A stretch of 64,000 nucleotides of DNA from an uncultured Chthonomonadaceae bacterium. Lineage in GTDB: Bacteria > Armatimonadota > Chthonomonadetes > Chthonomonadales > Chthonomonadaceae. This document shows, piece after piece, positions 9,840-20,149 of the stretch. How positions within the stretch are numbered: the stretch's first letter is position 1; each line of letters opens with the position of its first letter. The translations under genes were made by a program, and so were the position numbers. The notes under the pieces were generated by a model, which saw only the letters and a program-made list of their open reading frames with translations, ran no database searches and had not been told where the DNA came from. Location of the stretch: positions 256,001 through 320,000 of the forward strand of contig CAWIEK010000044.1 in assembly GCA_963835065.1 (NCBI GenBank), read 5' to 3'.

Positions 9840-12800
9840 ATGCGATTGCGAACTCGTTTTTTGATTACGGCGGCGCTGCTCCTGCGCCTGCCGTTTGTCG
9901 TTTTGTCGCCGGTTTACGCGCAAACGCCGCCTGCGTCGTCCGCGCGCGCCGGACAGCCGCCTGCCATTGCGCCCCAAGTCCTCAAACTGCTGCTTGCCGC
10001 AAACAAAGCCGCGAACGCTTATCACTGGGATGACGCGCTGCAAGGATACAACAAAGCGCTGATGCTGGCGCATACGCTTGATGACAAACTCGGCGAAGCG
10101 ACTACGTTGAACAACATGGGCCAGGTTTACGCTAACACGGGGCAGCCGCAGAAGGCGTTAGAGTTCTATAATCAAGCCTTGCCGCTGCTCCGGGCTATGG
10201 AAAATAAGAGCGTTGAAGCCGCGACTCTAAACAACATCGGCCTGGTTTACGCCAACATCGGTCAACGGCAGAAAGCCTTGGAGTTTTTCAACCAGGCCTT
10301 GCCAGTGTTCCATGTTGTCGGCGACAAGGACAGCGAAGCCACAATGTTGAACAACATCGGCCTGGTTTACGACAGCACGGGGGAGCCACAGAAGGCGTTA
10401 GCGTTCTATAATCAAGCCTTGCTGCTGCTTCGCGCTGTAGAAAATAGGAGCGTTGAAGCCACAACGCTGAACAACATCGGCGCGGTTTACACCAAGATTG
10501 GTCAGCCCCAGAAAGCCTTAGAGTTCTACAATCAAGCACTGCCGCTGCTTCGCGCTGCGGGAAATAAGAGCGTTGAAGTTGCGACCCTAAGCAACATCGG
10601 CGAGGTTTACCGCACCACGGGGGAGTCGCAGAAAGCCTTAGAGTTCTACAATCAAGCCTTGCTGTTGTGGAAAGAAGTCGGCGACAAGAGCGGCGAAGCC
10701 ACAACGCGGAACAATATCGGCGCGGTTTACGCCAAAATTGGTCAGCCGCAGAAAGCCTTGGAGTTCTATAATCAAGCCTTGCCGCTGCTCCGCGCTGTGG
10801 AAAATAAGAGCATTGAAGCCACAACGCTAAACAACATCGGCGAGGTGTACCGCAGCACGGGGCAGCCGCAGAAGGCATTGGAGTTCTACAATCAAGCACT
10901 GCCGCTGCTTCGCGCGGTGGGAAATAAGAGCGTTGAAGCCACAACGCTGAACAATATCGGCGAGGTTTACAACAACATCGGGCAGTCACAGAAAGCCTTG
11001 GAGTTCTACAATCAAGCCTTGCCGTTGTGGAAAGAAGTCGGCGGCCAGGGCGGCGAAGCCATGACGCTGAACAACATCGGCACGGTTTACGCCAATATGG
11101 ATCAGCCGCAGAAAGCCTTGGAGTTTTTCAACCAAGCCTTGCTGGTGTTCCATGTTGTTGGCGATAAAGACGGCGAAGCCACGACTCTGAGCAACATCGG
11201 CGCGGTTTACGACAACATCGGTCAATGGCAGAAAGCCCTGGAGTTCTACAATCAAGCCTTGCCACTGCTCCGCGCTGTAGGAAATAAGAGTGGCGAAGGC
11301 ACGACGCTGAGCAACATCGGCGCGGTTTATCGGCAGCAGCATGACCTGCCGCAAGCGGTACGCGCTCTGGAACAGGCTGTCGCGCTGACAGAAACCATTC
11401 GAGAAAATCTGGGCGGACTGTCCGAGGCGAAGGTGGCGTACCTGGAAAGCGAACTGGGCGCTTACTACGAATATACCGACGTGCTGCTTGACGCGCGCAA
11501 AACACAGGAAGCGTTTGCTCTCGCGCAGAAGATGAAGGCGCGCGCCCTTCTGGATACGCTTGGCGGTGGGCGCGCATCCCTCCAGAAAGCCCTTACCGAT
11601 GAGGAGCGGAACCGGGAACAAACACTGCGTCATGCCTGCGACGCGCTGAACGCGCAGATGATTGCCGAAGGCGCGCGCAACGAGGCCGGCGGCAAGAAAC
11701 GTTTCGAGGCGCTGCAGGAGCAGTTGCGGCAGGCAGAACGCGAATTAAGCAAATACACGGATACGCTGTACGCCCTGCATCCCGACCTGGCCCTGCAGCG
11801 CGTGGCGCATACCCTGACCGCAGCAGAAGCCGCAAAACTGCTTCCGTCTAACGCCGCTCTGCTGGAGTATGCTGTGCTGCGCTCAGGCAAGGACAAGAAC
11901 AAAGTAGACCGCGTGGCCGTGTTCGTGGTCACGCCGGATGGGAAAACAACGGCGCATACCCTGCCCATCAATGCCGAACAATTGCGCCAACAATCTGCCG
12001 CTTTCCGTGACGCCTGCGCCGACCCGAACAAGCCGTTTCGCCCGCTTTCCCGGCAGTTGTACGCGGCTCTGATTGCGCCCCTGTCGCCTCGCCTGTCCGG
12101 CAAAACCCACCTGCTGATTTGCCCGGACGGACCATTGTGGGATGTGCCGTTCGCGGCGCTCATGGCAGAAGAAAAGGAGAAAAGGAGAAAAGGAGAAAAG
12201 GAGCATTTGCCCTCAACTCTTAACTCTCAACCCTCAACTTTTCTCGCTGATCGCTTCCTGATTACCTATGCCTACTCCGCGACGGGAGCGCAGGCGGCGT
12301 TGCTGGCGCGTCCGGCGGGAATCATAACGGGCGATGTTTTTGTTCTTGCCAATCCTGATTTTGGCGATGCGCAGCGGTTTGGCGACAGCGTCGTGATTCC
12401 CGGTCAGCGTCCCTTTGAGAAACCCTCTCGCCCTTTTGAGAAACCTTCTCGTCCCTTTGAGAAACCCTCACGGGACCTGTTGACACAGATACAGGGCGGC
12501 ATTGCGGCTTTGCCCGGCACACAGCGCGAGGCGGATGTGCTGCATACGCTGTACCCCAACGCCGCTATCTTCACCGGCAAGCAGGCGCAGGAAGCCACGT
12601 TCAAGGCCGAAGCGGGCAAGTACAAGTACCTGCATCTGGCTTCTCATGCCTTCTTCAACGACGCCGCGCCCCTGCTCTCCTCCGTGTTCCTGGCCGCGCC
12701 GCCCAAAACCGGAGCGGGGAGTGAAGAAGACGGGTTCCTCACTGCCCGCGAACTGCTGGACATGGACTTACACGCCGACTTGATCGTGTTGTCCGCCTGC

Positions 12801-13073
12801 CAGACAGCGCGGGGCGAGAAACATTCCGGGGAGGGCATTGTGGGCATGACGTGGGCGCTGTTTGTGGCGGGCTGTCCGACGCAGGTACTCAGCCAGTGGA
12901 GCGTGGATGATGCGGCAACGGCACTGCTGATGGCGCGGTTTTACCGGGAACTCAAAGCCGGACAGCCGAAGGGCACAGCCTTGCGAACAGCGGAACGGGA
13001 ACTGCGGCGTAACCCGAAGTACGCCCATCCCTACTACTGGGCGCCCTTTCAGCTTGTCGGGCAGTGGCGGTGA
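9840..13073 (+). CDS. TPR-repeat + CHAT domain (caspase-like) protease with N-terminal signal peptide
   Basis: Signal-like N-terminus; about ten 40-aa TPR repeats (EATTLNNIG...QKALEFYNQAL); CHAT motifs LHLASHA, LSACQT, SQWSVDD, HPYYWAPF. Confidence 0.92.
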   Translation: MRLRTRFLITAALLLRLPFVVLSPVYAQTPPASSARAGQPPAIAPQVLKLLLAANKAANAYHWDDALQGYNKALMLAHTLDDKLGEATTLNNMGQVYANTGQPQKALEFYNQALPLLRAMENKSVEAATLNNIGLVYANIGQRQKALEFFNQALPVFHVVGDKDSEATMLNNIGLVYDSTGEPQKALAFYNQALLLLRAVENRSVEATTLNNIGAVYTKIGQPQKALEFYNQALPLLRAAGNKSVEVATLSNIGEVYRTTGESQKALEFYNQALLLWKEVGDKSGEATTRNNIGAVYAKIGQPQKALEFYNQALPLLRAVENKSIEATTLNNIGEVYRSTGQPQKALEFYNQALPLLRAVGNKSVEATTLNNIGEVYNNIGQSQKALEFYNQALPLWKEVGGQGGEAMTLNNIGTVYANMDQPQKALEFFNQALLVFHVVGDKDGEATTLSNIGAVYDNIGQWQKALEFYNQALPLLRAVGNKSGEGTTLSNIGAVYRQQHDLPQAVRALEQAVALTETIRENLGGLSEAKVAYLESELGAYYEYTDVLLDARKTQEAFALAQKMKARALLDTLGGGRASLQKALTDEERNREQTLRHACDALNAQMIAEGARNEAGGKKRFEALQEQLRQAERELSKYTDTLYALHPDLALQRVAHTLTAAEAAKLLPSNAALLEYAVLRSGKDKNKVDRVAVFVVTPDGKTTAHTLPINAEQLRQQSAAFRDACADPNKPFRPLSRQLYAALIAPLSPRLSGKTHLLICPDGPLWDVPFAALMAEEKEKRRKGEKEHLPSTLNSQPSTFLADRFLITYAYSATGAQAALLARPAGIITGDVFVLANPDFGDAQRFGDSVVIPGQRPFEKPSRPFEKPSRPFEKPSRDLLTQIQGGIAALPGTQREADVLHTLYPNAAIFTGKQAQEATFKAEAGKYKYLHLASHAFFNDAAPLLSSVFLAAPPKTGAGSEEDGFLTARELLDMDLHADLIVLSACQTARGEKHSGEGIVGMTWALFVAGCPTQVLSQWSVDDAATALLMARFYRELKAGQPKGTALRTAERELRRNPKYAHPYYWAPFQLVGQWR

Positions 13074-13207
13074 TTGTCGAACCATGGATTAGGCATGATT
13101 CAATGATTACCATGATGCTGCGAACGCCAGCCTGTGTCTGCTCCCTCATGCTAATCCTCCTAATCATCGGCGCCTAATCATCGCGTTCTACGCACGACAA
13201 TCACCGC
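13067..13207. repeat. Palindromic element with internal 9-nt ATGATT-type units, between convergent genes
   Basis: GCGGTGATTGTCG (13067-13079) is complementary to CGACAATCACCGC (13195-13207); internal catgatt/aatcat units like those at 19993-20095. Confidence 0.6.
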
Positions 13208-13274
13208 GCTCAAAATGAAACCAGTATTCTGTTTCTATGGTCATTGTCAACAGGAGGTGCAGAGGGTTGATTCT

Positions 13275-14254
13275 TCAACGCCCGAACACTTTGCTCAGGA
13301 CGGCAAGCAGCGATTTGTCGCCCGGCGCGTCGTTGTCCAGCGACCAGATCATTGCGCCGCCTAAGCCCTGCGCTTTGATGTATTCCGCTTTCGCCTTGAT
13401 GGTGGCAAGTCCGTTGTACCAGATGGTCGTTCCCACCTGATCTTTGTTTTCCGCGCCGGGGTAGGACGCGACAATTTCCGAATACGCGATCCCATCCTTG
13501 CGAAAGGCGGGCCAAACCCGTAGCCATAAAAGGGAACGCCCAGCACGGCTTTGGCTTTCGGCAGGCCGCGAGTAAGCCAGTAGTCCACGCTGTTTCGCGC
13601 CATCTCCAGGGACGAGTGCTGCCCCGGCTTGTTGGGATTCCAGGAACCCGTCGCGTCGTAGGCCATGATATTGACCCAATCGAAACGCGCCAGCGCTTCG
13701 TCGGGAACCATGCTGCCGCCATACCCCTGCGACAGCGCGGCGGTCAGCAGCTTGCCTTTGGGTTTCAATGCGCCCGCAAGGTCTTGAATGAACGCGCCGT
13801 AGTTCTTGTTGATGGCAGGGCCTTCCAGGTCTACGTCCAGCCCGTCGAAGTTGTGGCTCGTCACATAAGCGGCCAGCTTTGCCACGAAGCCCGCGCGTTT
13901 GTCATCGGCAATCAAAGCGAAATACCGCGCCAGCAGCGCTTTGTCTTCCGACGCCGAGCCGCCGCCAATGGAAATCAGAACGGGAACATGGCGCTGATGC
14001 GCTTTTGCAATCAGAGCGTCATTGACGCGCTTGAAGGACAAATCGCCGTTCGCATTCACAGGGTTCTCGAATGCCAGATTGATATGCGTGATGTGGGCAT
14101 AGTCAATGGTGTCCGCAAACCGGCTCAATTCTATCCAGTTGGGAACATACGCCACCACTTTGCTTCGGGATGGCGCAGCGGGTTCCCCATGCGAGGCCGC
14201 ACCCGTCAGCGCGAAAACCGCCAGCGCGAAAAGCGCACACGTTAGCATCCTCAT
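13275..14254 (-). CDS. Glycoside hydrolase family 18 (chitinase-like); one frameshift near 13508
   Basis: Signal peptide; SIGG, FDGLDVDLE (DxDxE), NIMAYD, GVPFYG; C-terminus (KAEYIK..GLGGAMIWSL) lies in a second frame. Confidence 0.88.
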
Positions 14255-14443
14255 CGTTCGTAAATCCCTTCTTTATCTGCGCTATGTGTTTTGTAAGGCG
14301 CAGTAGTTCTATTGTAGCATACCCATTGCACCGCATTGACGAACAAGGTGAAACGTCCGCCGCTCCCGGAACGTACAAAATTGGGTACTTAAAGATTGAA
14401 TCCCCAATCGTACCCAATGCAAATTCAAGCAGATTCACTATGG

Positions 14444-15799
14444 ATGTCTAACCTCATGAAATATGGTACACGACTTGCCGCGCTGTTGCTGCTGTGCGGC
14501 GCATTGACGGTTCCTCTTACCGGTTTTGCGAAGCGGGTAGAGCCTGCGCGCTTGAATGTCGCCATGCGCCGCCGATTGTTCGATCTTGTCTGGACGCGGG
14601 TTCGGGATCGTTTTTATGACGTGAAAATGAATGGCGTGGACTGGAACGCCGTGCGCAGGCGCTATGAGCCAAAAGCGCTGCAAGCCCCAACTGACGATGC
14701 TTTTTACCAGACGCTCAACCAGATGCTGGGAGAATTGAAGCAGTCGCACCTGGGCGTTCGCGGCCCCGAAGAAGCGCAGGATATGGCGAACGGCAAGCCC
14801 GCGACAGACAGCGCAAGGGACGGCGAAACCGGAATCACCGCCCTGCTGATCGGCGGCGCTCCCGTGATTACGCGCGTGGCGGAACATTCGGCAGCGGCAG
14901 ACGCGGGAATCAAGCCGGGACAAAGTCTTATCGCCATCAATGGCAAGCCCCTCGCTACCGGCTTGAAGCGCATCAATGACCGCAAACCGGCTTTGCGCGA
15001 AGGGGAAAAGCGCGTGGCGGTTTGGGCGCTGACGCGAAGCTTGCTGGCCGGGCCTGTGGGACAAACGGTAAAGATAACCGTCTCCAACGCGGACGGCTCC
15101 CCGGCTAAAACCATTGCGCTGACGCGCCGCGCGTCTGCGGGACAATTTCTGACTTTTGGCGCGCTGCCGCCCATTCCTTCCGAAGTGGAAACCCGAACGC
15201 TGGCAAACGGCGTCGGCTACATCCGCTTCAATATCTTCCTGATGCCCCTGCTCACGCCCATTCGCAAGGCCATACAGGACATGGCGGCGGCGAACGCGCC
15301 CGCCATTATCCTCGACCTGCGCGACAATCCCGGTGGCTTGGGCGGCATGGCTCCCGCGCTTGCGGGCATGTTCGTCAGCAGTCCGACCAATCTGGGAACC
15401 ATGAAAACGCGCGCAACGGAATTGAAGTTTCCGATTTTCCCGCAGCAGCCCCACTATGACGGGCCGCTCGTGATTTTGACGGACGAAGCCTCCCTCAGCA
15501 CGTCCGAAATTCTGGCGGGCGGCCTGCAGGAGATCAAGCGCGCGGTTGTATTTGGGCGGGCAACGGGCGGCATGGTGCTGCCCTCGCAGGTCGAAGAACT
15601 GCCGGGTGGTGGCGAATTCCAGTACGCCTTCGCGGACTTCCATACCCCCAAAGGCGTTCGGCTGGAAGGCCGGGGCGTGACGCCGGACGTTGAAGTCACC
15701 CTGACGCCGCAACTGCTGCTTGCCCATCCCGACCCGACTTTGGACGCGGCGCTTGCCTACCTTGCCAAACCGCAAACATCCAGTACCGCTGTCAAGTAG
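14444..15799 (+). CDS. S41 family (tail-specific) peptidase with PDZ domain
   Basis: GVDW..VR..Y, GYIRF, LDLRDNPGG, SLSTSE, G..TGG, EGRGV.PD motifs; start could also be 14456. Confidence 0.88.
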   Translation: MSNLMKYGTRLAALLLLCGALTVPLTGFAKRVEPARLNVAMRRRLFDLVWTRVRDRFYDVKMNGVDWNAVRRRYEPKALQAPTDDAFYQTLNQMLGELKQSHLGVRGPEEAQDMANGKPATDSARDGETGITALLIGGAPVITRVAEHSAAADAGIKPGQSLIAINGKPLATGLKRINDRKPALREGEKRVAVWALTRSLLAGPVGQTVKITVSNADGSPAKTIALTRRASAGQFLTFGALPPIPSEVETRTLANGVGYIRFNIFLMPLLTPIRKAIQDMAAANAPAIILDLRDNPGGLGGMAPALAGMFVSSPTNLGTMKTRATELKFPIFPQQPHYDGPLVILTDEASLSTSEILAGGLQEIKRAVVFGRATGGMVLPSQVEELPGGGEFQYAFADFHTPKGVRLEGRGVTPDVEVTLTPQLLLAHPDPTLDAALAYLAKPQTSSTAVK

Positions 15800-15908
15800 T
15801 TGATAGTTGATAGTTGATAGTTGATAGATGGGCATGAATTACAAAATCTCAGCCCCTGCGCTAAGTCAACATTAAACCAGCACGAAATTTGTAAAGGAAG
15901 CCTGACCT

Positions 15909-16712
15909 ATGCTGCCACGCAATAAATCTATTTTCACTCTTTCTTCGCTGTTGACGGTCACGCTCGGCATGGCGATGCTGCCGGCGTTTGTTGCCGTCAG
16001 GGGCGCGCAGGCGGAACCGGCGACGCCGACAGTTACTCAGGTAATGAACGACTTTATCGCCGCAAGCGGGGGAAAGACGGCCTATACCAAAATCACCAGC
16101 ACGGAAATTCACGGCACGTTCAGCATGAAGGCGCAGAAAATCACGGCCAGTGTCGTGACCAAAGCCAAAACGCCCGACAAAATTTTGGTGACGCAGGAGA
16201 TTGCGGGGCTGGGCAAGTTCGAGCAGGGCTATGATGGCAAAACCGCCTGGGCGCGCGACCCTCTGCACGGCCTGCGCACTCTGGAAGGCAACGAGCTGGA
16301 GCAGATGCGGACGCAGGCGCGTTTCAACGGTCCGCTGTACTGGAAGGAACTTTACGCCAAATCGGAGATGCTCGGCATACGAACGGTCAACGGCGCAAAA
16401 GCCTACGCCATTCGCCTGACGCCCGCTAAAGGACGGCCCGCCACGCAATACTACGATGTGAAAACCAAACTGCTTGTGCGCGTGGACCAGACGGTAGATC
16501 AGCCAGAGGGTTCCATTCCGACAGAAGCCTACCTTTCGGATTATCGCGTGGTGGATGGCGTGAAGGAGCCGTTTACGGTGCGCCAGGTCTCGCCGAGCAT
16601 TGGCGAAGCGGAAATCACGACCAACAAGATTCAGAACAATGTGGCCTTTGACGACGCCATTTTCGCCAAACCCGCCGAAGGCTCCACAGCCGCGCCCAAA
16701 GCCGCAAAATAG
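15909..16712 (+). CDS. Secreted protein, LolA-like/lipoprotein-sorting-like fold (putative)
   Basis: Signal peptide; FIAASGG, GYDGKTAW, YYDVKT.LL, SDYRVVDGV..PF motifs. Confidence 0.65.
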   Translation: MLPRNKSIFTLSSLLTVTLGMAMLPAFVAVRGAQAEPATPTVTQVMNDFIAASGGKTAYTKITSTEIHGTFSMKAQKITASVVTKAKTPDKILVTQEIAGLGKFEQGYDGKTAWARDPLHGLRTLEGNELEQMRTQARFNGPLYWKELYAKSEMLGIRTVNGAKAYAIRLTPAKGRPATQYYDVKTKLLVRVDQTVDQPEGSIPTEAYLSDYRVVDGVKEPFTVRQVSPSIGEAEITTNKIQNNVAFDDAIFAKPAEGSTAAPKAAK

Positions 16713-16828
16713 CGTTCGCCTGCCCTGCGGAAAGCAGCGCGAACAGCCGAATATCCTGCGAACGTCATGTAACGAACCGTTTACCTATCGGTACGCGGCG
16801 ATTTGCCTGTTGGAAACGAGGATTTATC

Positions 16829-17542
16829 ATGCTATTTCGCGGGCTTGGACGGCACGGCTTGCCGCCATGCAGTTTGCTGTTGTTTTTGGGACTGCCCTGG
16901 ACGCTGCTGGTCAACGGCAAAGCCAGTTCGGTTGCGCCTATCGAGCAGAACGGCCAGTTGTACATTCCCCTGTCCGCGCTGAAAGCGGCGGGCGCGCAGG
17001 TCAGCGTTCAGGGGCATGACGCGCGCGTCCAGTTCCTGCCCTATCAGGGCGGCGCAAATCAGGTGGAAGGAGTGGAAGGGCTGGCGAATACCTGGCTCAA
17101 CAACGGAGTGTGGCGGGTGCGCGTCCTGAAAGTGGAGCCGACAACCGATCCCTTCGACCCGCAAAAGCCCGGTTACAACGTGACGCTGGAAGCCCGCAAT
17201 GCGTCCGCGAAAACCGCGTCCCTCTTCCAGACGGGCGTGGAGTTTCCGCAGTTGTTCGATGCCGACGAGAGCGTATTAAAGGTGGATGAAAGCGCGTGGC
17301 AGACGCGCCTGCAAATGAAAGACCTGCTGCAAGGCAGTGGCCTGACCGCCACTATTCCGTTCTATTACCCACACGGAACGGCGGCGGAAGCGGTGAAAGC
17401 CCCATTAAAACTGGTGCTGCCGATCAGCGCAGGTTCCGGTCTGCTGCGCGACACGGGCCTGAAATACGCCGTGAAATCGCCCACGTTCCGCATCTGGCTA
17501 CAGCCGCAAAAGCAGGCCGAGGCCGACAATTCGGGGCGCTGA
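16829..17542 (+). CDS. Hypothetical exported protein
   Basis: Long ORF with typical codon usage after GAGG; short N-terminal module resembling copper amine oxidase N-terminal domains (LVNGK...LYIPL). Confidence 0.6.
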   Translation: MLFRGLGRHGLPPCSLLLFLGLPWTLLVNGKASSVAPIEQNGQLYIPLSALKAAGAQVSVQGHDARVQFLPYQGGANQVEGVEGLANTWLNNGVWRVRVLKVEPTTDPFDPQKPGYNVTLEARNASAKTASLFQTGVEFPQLFDADESVLKVDESAWQTRLQMKDLLQGSGLTATIPFYYPHGTAAEAVKAPLKLVLPISAGSGLLRDTGLKYAVKSPTFRIWLQPQKQAEADNSGR

Positions 17543-17561
17543 AACGATTAATACGCTCGCC

Positions 17562-17645
17562 GTAAGCGGGCTTGATGAATCAATACGTTTGCCGTGAGCG
17601 GCTTGATGAATCAAGACAACCGGGCTTGATGAATCAAGCCCCTAC
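17562..17645. repeat. REP-like cluster (GTAG/CTAC family)
   Basis: Three copies of GGCTTGATGAATCAA(G); the last is GGGCTTGATGAATCAAGCCCCTAC, a hairpin ending in CTAC. Confidence 0.7.
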
Positions 17646-17671
17646 ACAACGGCCTTTTCACGCGCCGTTAG

Positions 17672-17729
17672 TATACAAGCAAACAGCGACAGGAACACAT
17701 TTCGCGTTCCTGTCGCTGCTTGCTTGTAT
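17672..17729. terminator. Bidirectional hairpin between convergent genes
   Basis: ATACAAGCAAACAGCGACAGGAAC ... GTTCCTGTCGCTGCTTGCTTGTAT inverted repeat. Confidence 0.7.
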
Positions 17730-17754
17730 GTGGCTACTTGCCTACGGCACGTGG

Positions 17755-18501
17755 CTACTTGCCTACGGTCTTCATGTCCATACTGAGCTTCATACTCATT
17801 TTCTGCGGCTGGTTCGGTATGGTCATGGACATGGTGGTCGTCATGCTCATGCTGTTGAGGGAGCCGTCCGCGACGTTGTAGTAACTGGTTCCCGTGCCGT
17901 TCATCGTGGCGGTTCCCGTGCCGGAAAATTTAACCGCCATTTCCGCCACTTGCTTTCCGCCGACGTTTTTGATGCCGACGAAGGTGCTGGTGGACTTCAT
18001 CTGAATGTTTTGAGTCATCTGGTTCACGGTTTTGCTGCTCGTATAGCTTTGCCCCACTTTAAGCGGCTTGTCGGGCAGTGAGCCGCTCATTTGCTCCAGT
18101 CCCATGCCGGCTCCCGCGCCGGAAACCTTCCCCACTATCTGCCCCCGGTCGTCCATCGTAATTTGCTGCGTTTGCGGCTTGGACATCACCTGCCCGTTCA
18201 TTGTCACCGCGCCCATTTCCTGCTTGATGGTGGCTTTATTGCCTGTCACGCTTACAACGGTCATCGTAACCGGGACCACCATATTCATCGCCACCGGTTT
18301 GGTTTGCTGCGCGCCCCCGGCGCCGGCAGGCAACTCGGTTTTAGTCGTTGCCTGGTAGCGCGTAACCTGGCCTTTGGTATATTTTATGTGAAACTGATAG
18401 GCGTCCCCAACCTTCGTTACCTGAGCGCCCGCGTTTGTCGTTGCCATCAGCCCCGCGCCGCCGACCATCAAACATCCCAACAAAGAGCGAAATCAATTCA
18501 T
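17755..18501 (-). CDS. Hypothetical secreted beta-rich protein
   Basis: Signal peptide ending AGAQ; Met/Thr-rich beta protein with LPDKPLKVGQSY. The ATG at 18501 after GGAG is followed by an in-frame TGA at codon 3, possibly from compensating indels. Confidence 0.7.
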
Positions 18502-18665
18502 CGTGTTCTCCAAAAGAAAAAAGCGTTGTTGTGGCGTAGGCGAACAGTACCGGCGAATCGCCACTCTGTTCCGCGCAGACGCTCCAGCGCGCAATGCAAA
18601 AGCATTGGGCTTTCACCATAGTATACCATGCACAGCAGCGAAGCATTTAGAGGTGGCATTTACAC

Positions 18666-18694
18666 TTGCAATCTTCTGAGCAGAGGCGTATAAT
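18666..18694 (+). promoter_or_regulatory. Sigma70-like promoter for cinA
   Basis: TTGCAA-17 nt-TATAAT, ~60 nt upstream of the cinA start. Confidence 0.6.
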
Positions 18695-18753
18695 GGGCGC
18701 GAGAAACTTGCCGGAGCAACTTGCTAAGGCAACCTATTTTAATGGAGGGCGCT

Positions 18754-20001
18754 ATGCGGGCGGAGATCGTGTCGGTGGGAACGGAATTGTTGTTGGGCCA
18801 GATTGTGGATACGAACGCGGCTTATGTGGCGAAGGCGCTGTCGGCGGTGGGTATCGGCGTGTATCGGCGGCAAACGGTCGGGGATAACCGCGAACGGCTG
18901 CTGGCGGCATTGCGGCAGGCATTAAGCGACTCGGAAATCGTGATTACCATCGGCGGATTGGGGCCGACGATGGACGACATTACCCGCGACGGCCTTGCGG
19001 AAGTGTTCGGCGACCCGCTGCGCATGGATGAAGGCATCGCGCAAAAACTGCGCGATTTCTTTGCCCTGCGCAACGCGCCGCTTTTGGAAAGCAATCTGCG
19101 GCAGGCGATGGTTCCCGTACATGGCCGCGCTCTGGACAACCCCAACGGCACGGCTCCCGGCCTGCTGTTTGAAAACACGTTTGAAGGTAAAGACCGAATC
19201 GGCATTGCCCTGCCCGGCCCGCCCAACGAGTTTATTCCGCTTGTGGACAACATCGCGCTGCCGTATCTGCGGGCAAAAACGGGCAATGTGGGCACAATCC
19301 GTTCCCTCACGCTGCGCATTGCGGGCATGGGCGAAAGCCTGGTGGAAGACAAAGTGAAAAACCTGATGCTCGATGCCAACCCAAGCGTCGCCCCCTATGC
19401 CAAAGTGGGCGAAGTGCATTTGCGCGTCACGGCGCGGGCGGACACCGAAGCCGAAGCCGACGCGCTGATTGTCGAACGGGCGCAGCAGGTCAGGCAGCGA
19501 CTGGGCAGCGTGATTTACGGCGAAGACGACGAGACGATAGAAAAAGTGGCCGTCGCGCTGTTGCGGAAAAGCGGGCAAACCGTAGCGACGGCGGAAAGCT
19601 GCACGGGCGGCATGGTGGCGCAGCGCATAACCGACGTGGCGGGCAGTTCGCAGGCGTTTATGGGCGGCGTGGTCGCGTACAGCAACGCGGCAAAGACGGA
19701 TTTGGTAAATGTGCCTGCCGAGACCATTGCCCGCGTCGGAGCCGTCAGCCCCGAAGTGGCGCAGGCGTTGGCCGAAGGCGCAAGGCAGCGGTTCGGAACC
19801 ACCTACGGCATCGGCATCACAGGCGTCGCCGGCCCGGAAGGCGGCACAGCGGAAAAACCCGTCGGCTTAGTTTACATCGGCGTCGCCCACCCCGATGGCT
19901 GCGACGTAGAAAAATGCAATTTCATCGGTTCGCGGCAGGTCGTCCGCACCCGTTCCGCCCAAACCGCCCTGAACATGCTGCGGCTGCGCGTTTTGTCTTG
20001 A
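18754..20001 (+). CDS. cinA: Competence/damage-inducible protein CinA (with PncC domain)
   Basis: VGTELLLGQIVDTN, GGLGPT.DD.T, NPNGTAPG, AESCTGG, GITGVAGP.GG...KPVGLV. Confidence 0.95.
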   Translation: MRAEIVSVGTELLLGQIVDTNAAYVAKALSAVGIGVYRRQTVGDNRERLLAALRQALSDSEIVITIGGLGPTMDDITRDGLAEVFGDPLRMDEGIAQKLRDFFALRNAPLLESNLRQAMVPVHGRALDNPNGTAPGLLFENTFEGKDRIGIALPGPPNEFIPLVDNIALPYLRAKTGNVGTIRSLTLRIAGMGESLVEDKVKNLMLDANPSVAPYAKVGEVHLRVTARADTEAEADALIVERAQQVRQRLGSVIYGEDDETIEKVAVALLRKSGQTVATAESCTGGMVAQRITDVAGSSQAFMGGVVAYSNAAKTDLVNVPAETIARVGAVSPEVAQALAEGARQRFGTTYGIGITGVAGPEGGTAEKPVGLVYIGVAHPDGCDVEKCNFIGSRQVVRTRSAQTALNMLRLRVLS

Positions 20002-20095
20002 ACCATGATTTCACATGATTTTGATGATTACCATGATTGGCCCGGTCTTCATCATGTTAATCATTCTAATCATGTGAAATCATGGTTCAAGACAA
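19993..20095. repeat. Palindromic element with a 28-bp terminal inverted repeat overlapping the cinA stop
   Basis: TTGTCTTGAACCATGATTTCACATGATT (19993-20020) is the exact reverse complement of 20068-20095; internal 9-nt periodicity. Confidence 0.8.
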
Positions 20096-20149
20096 GAAAA
20101 CAGCCGAGCGACGAGAGGACATTCGCGCACCGCTACAGGAGATAGCCGC

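Noticed and set aside
10080..11340. 120-bp-period DNA repeats as a CRISPR or other array
   Set aside because: They are in-frame TPR coding repeats with no unique spacers, and no cas genes are present.
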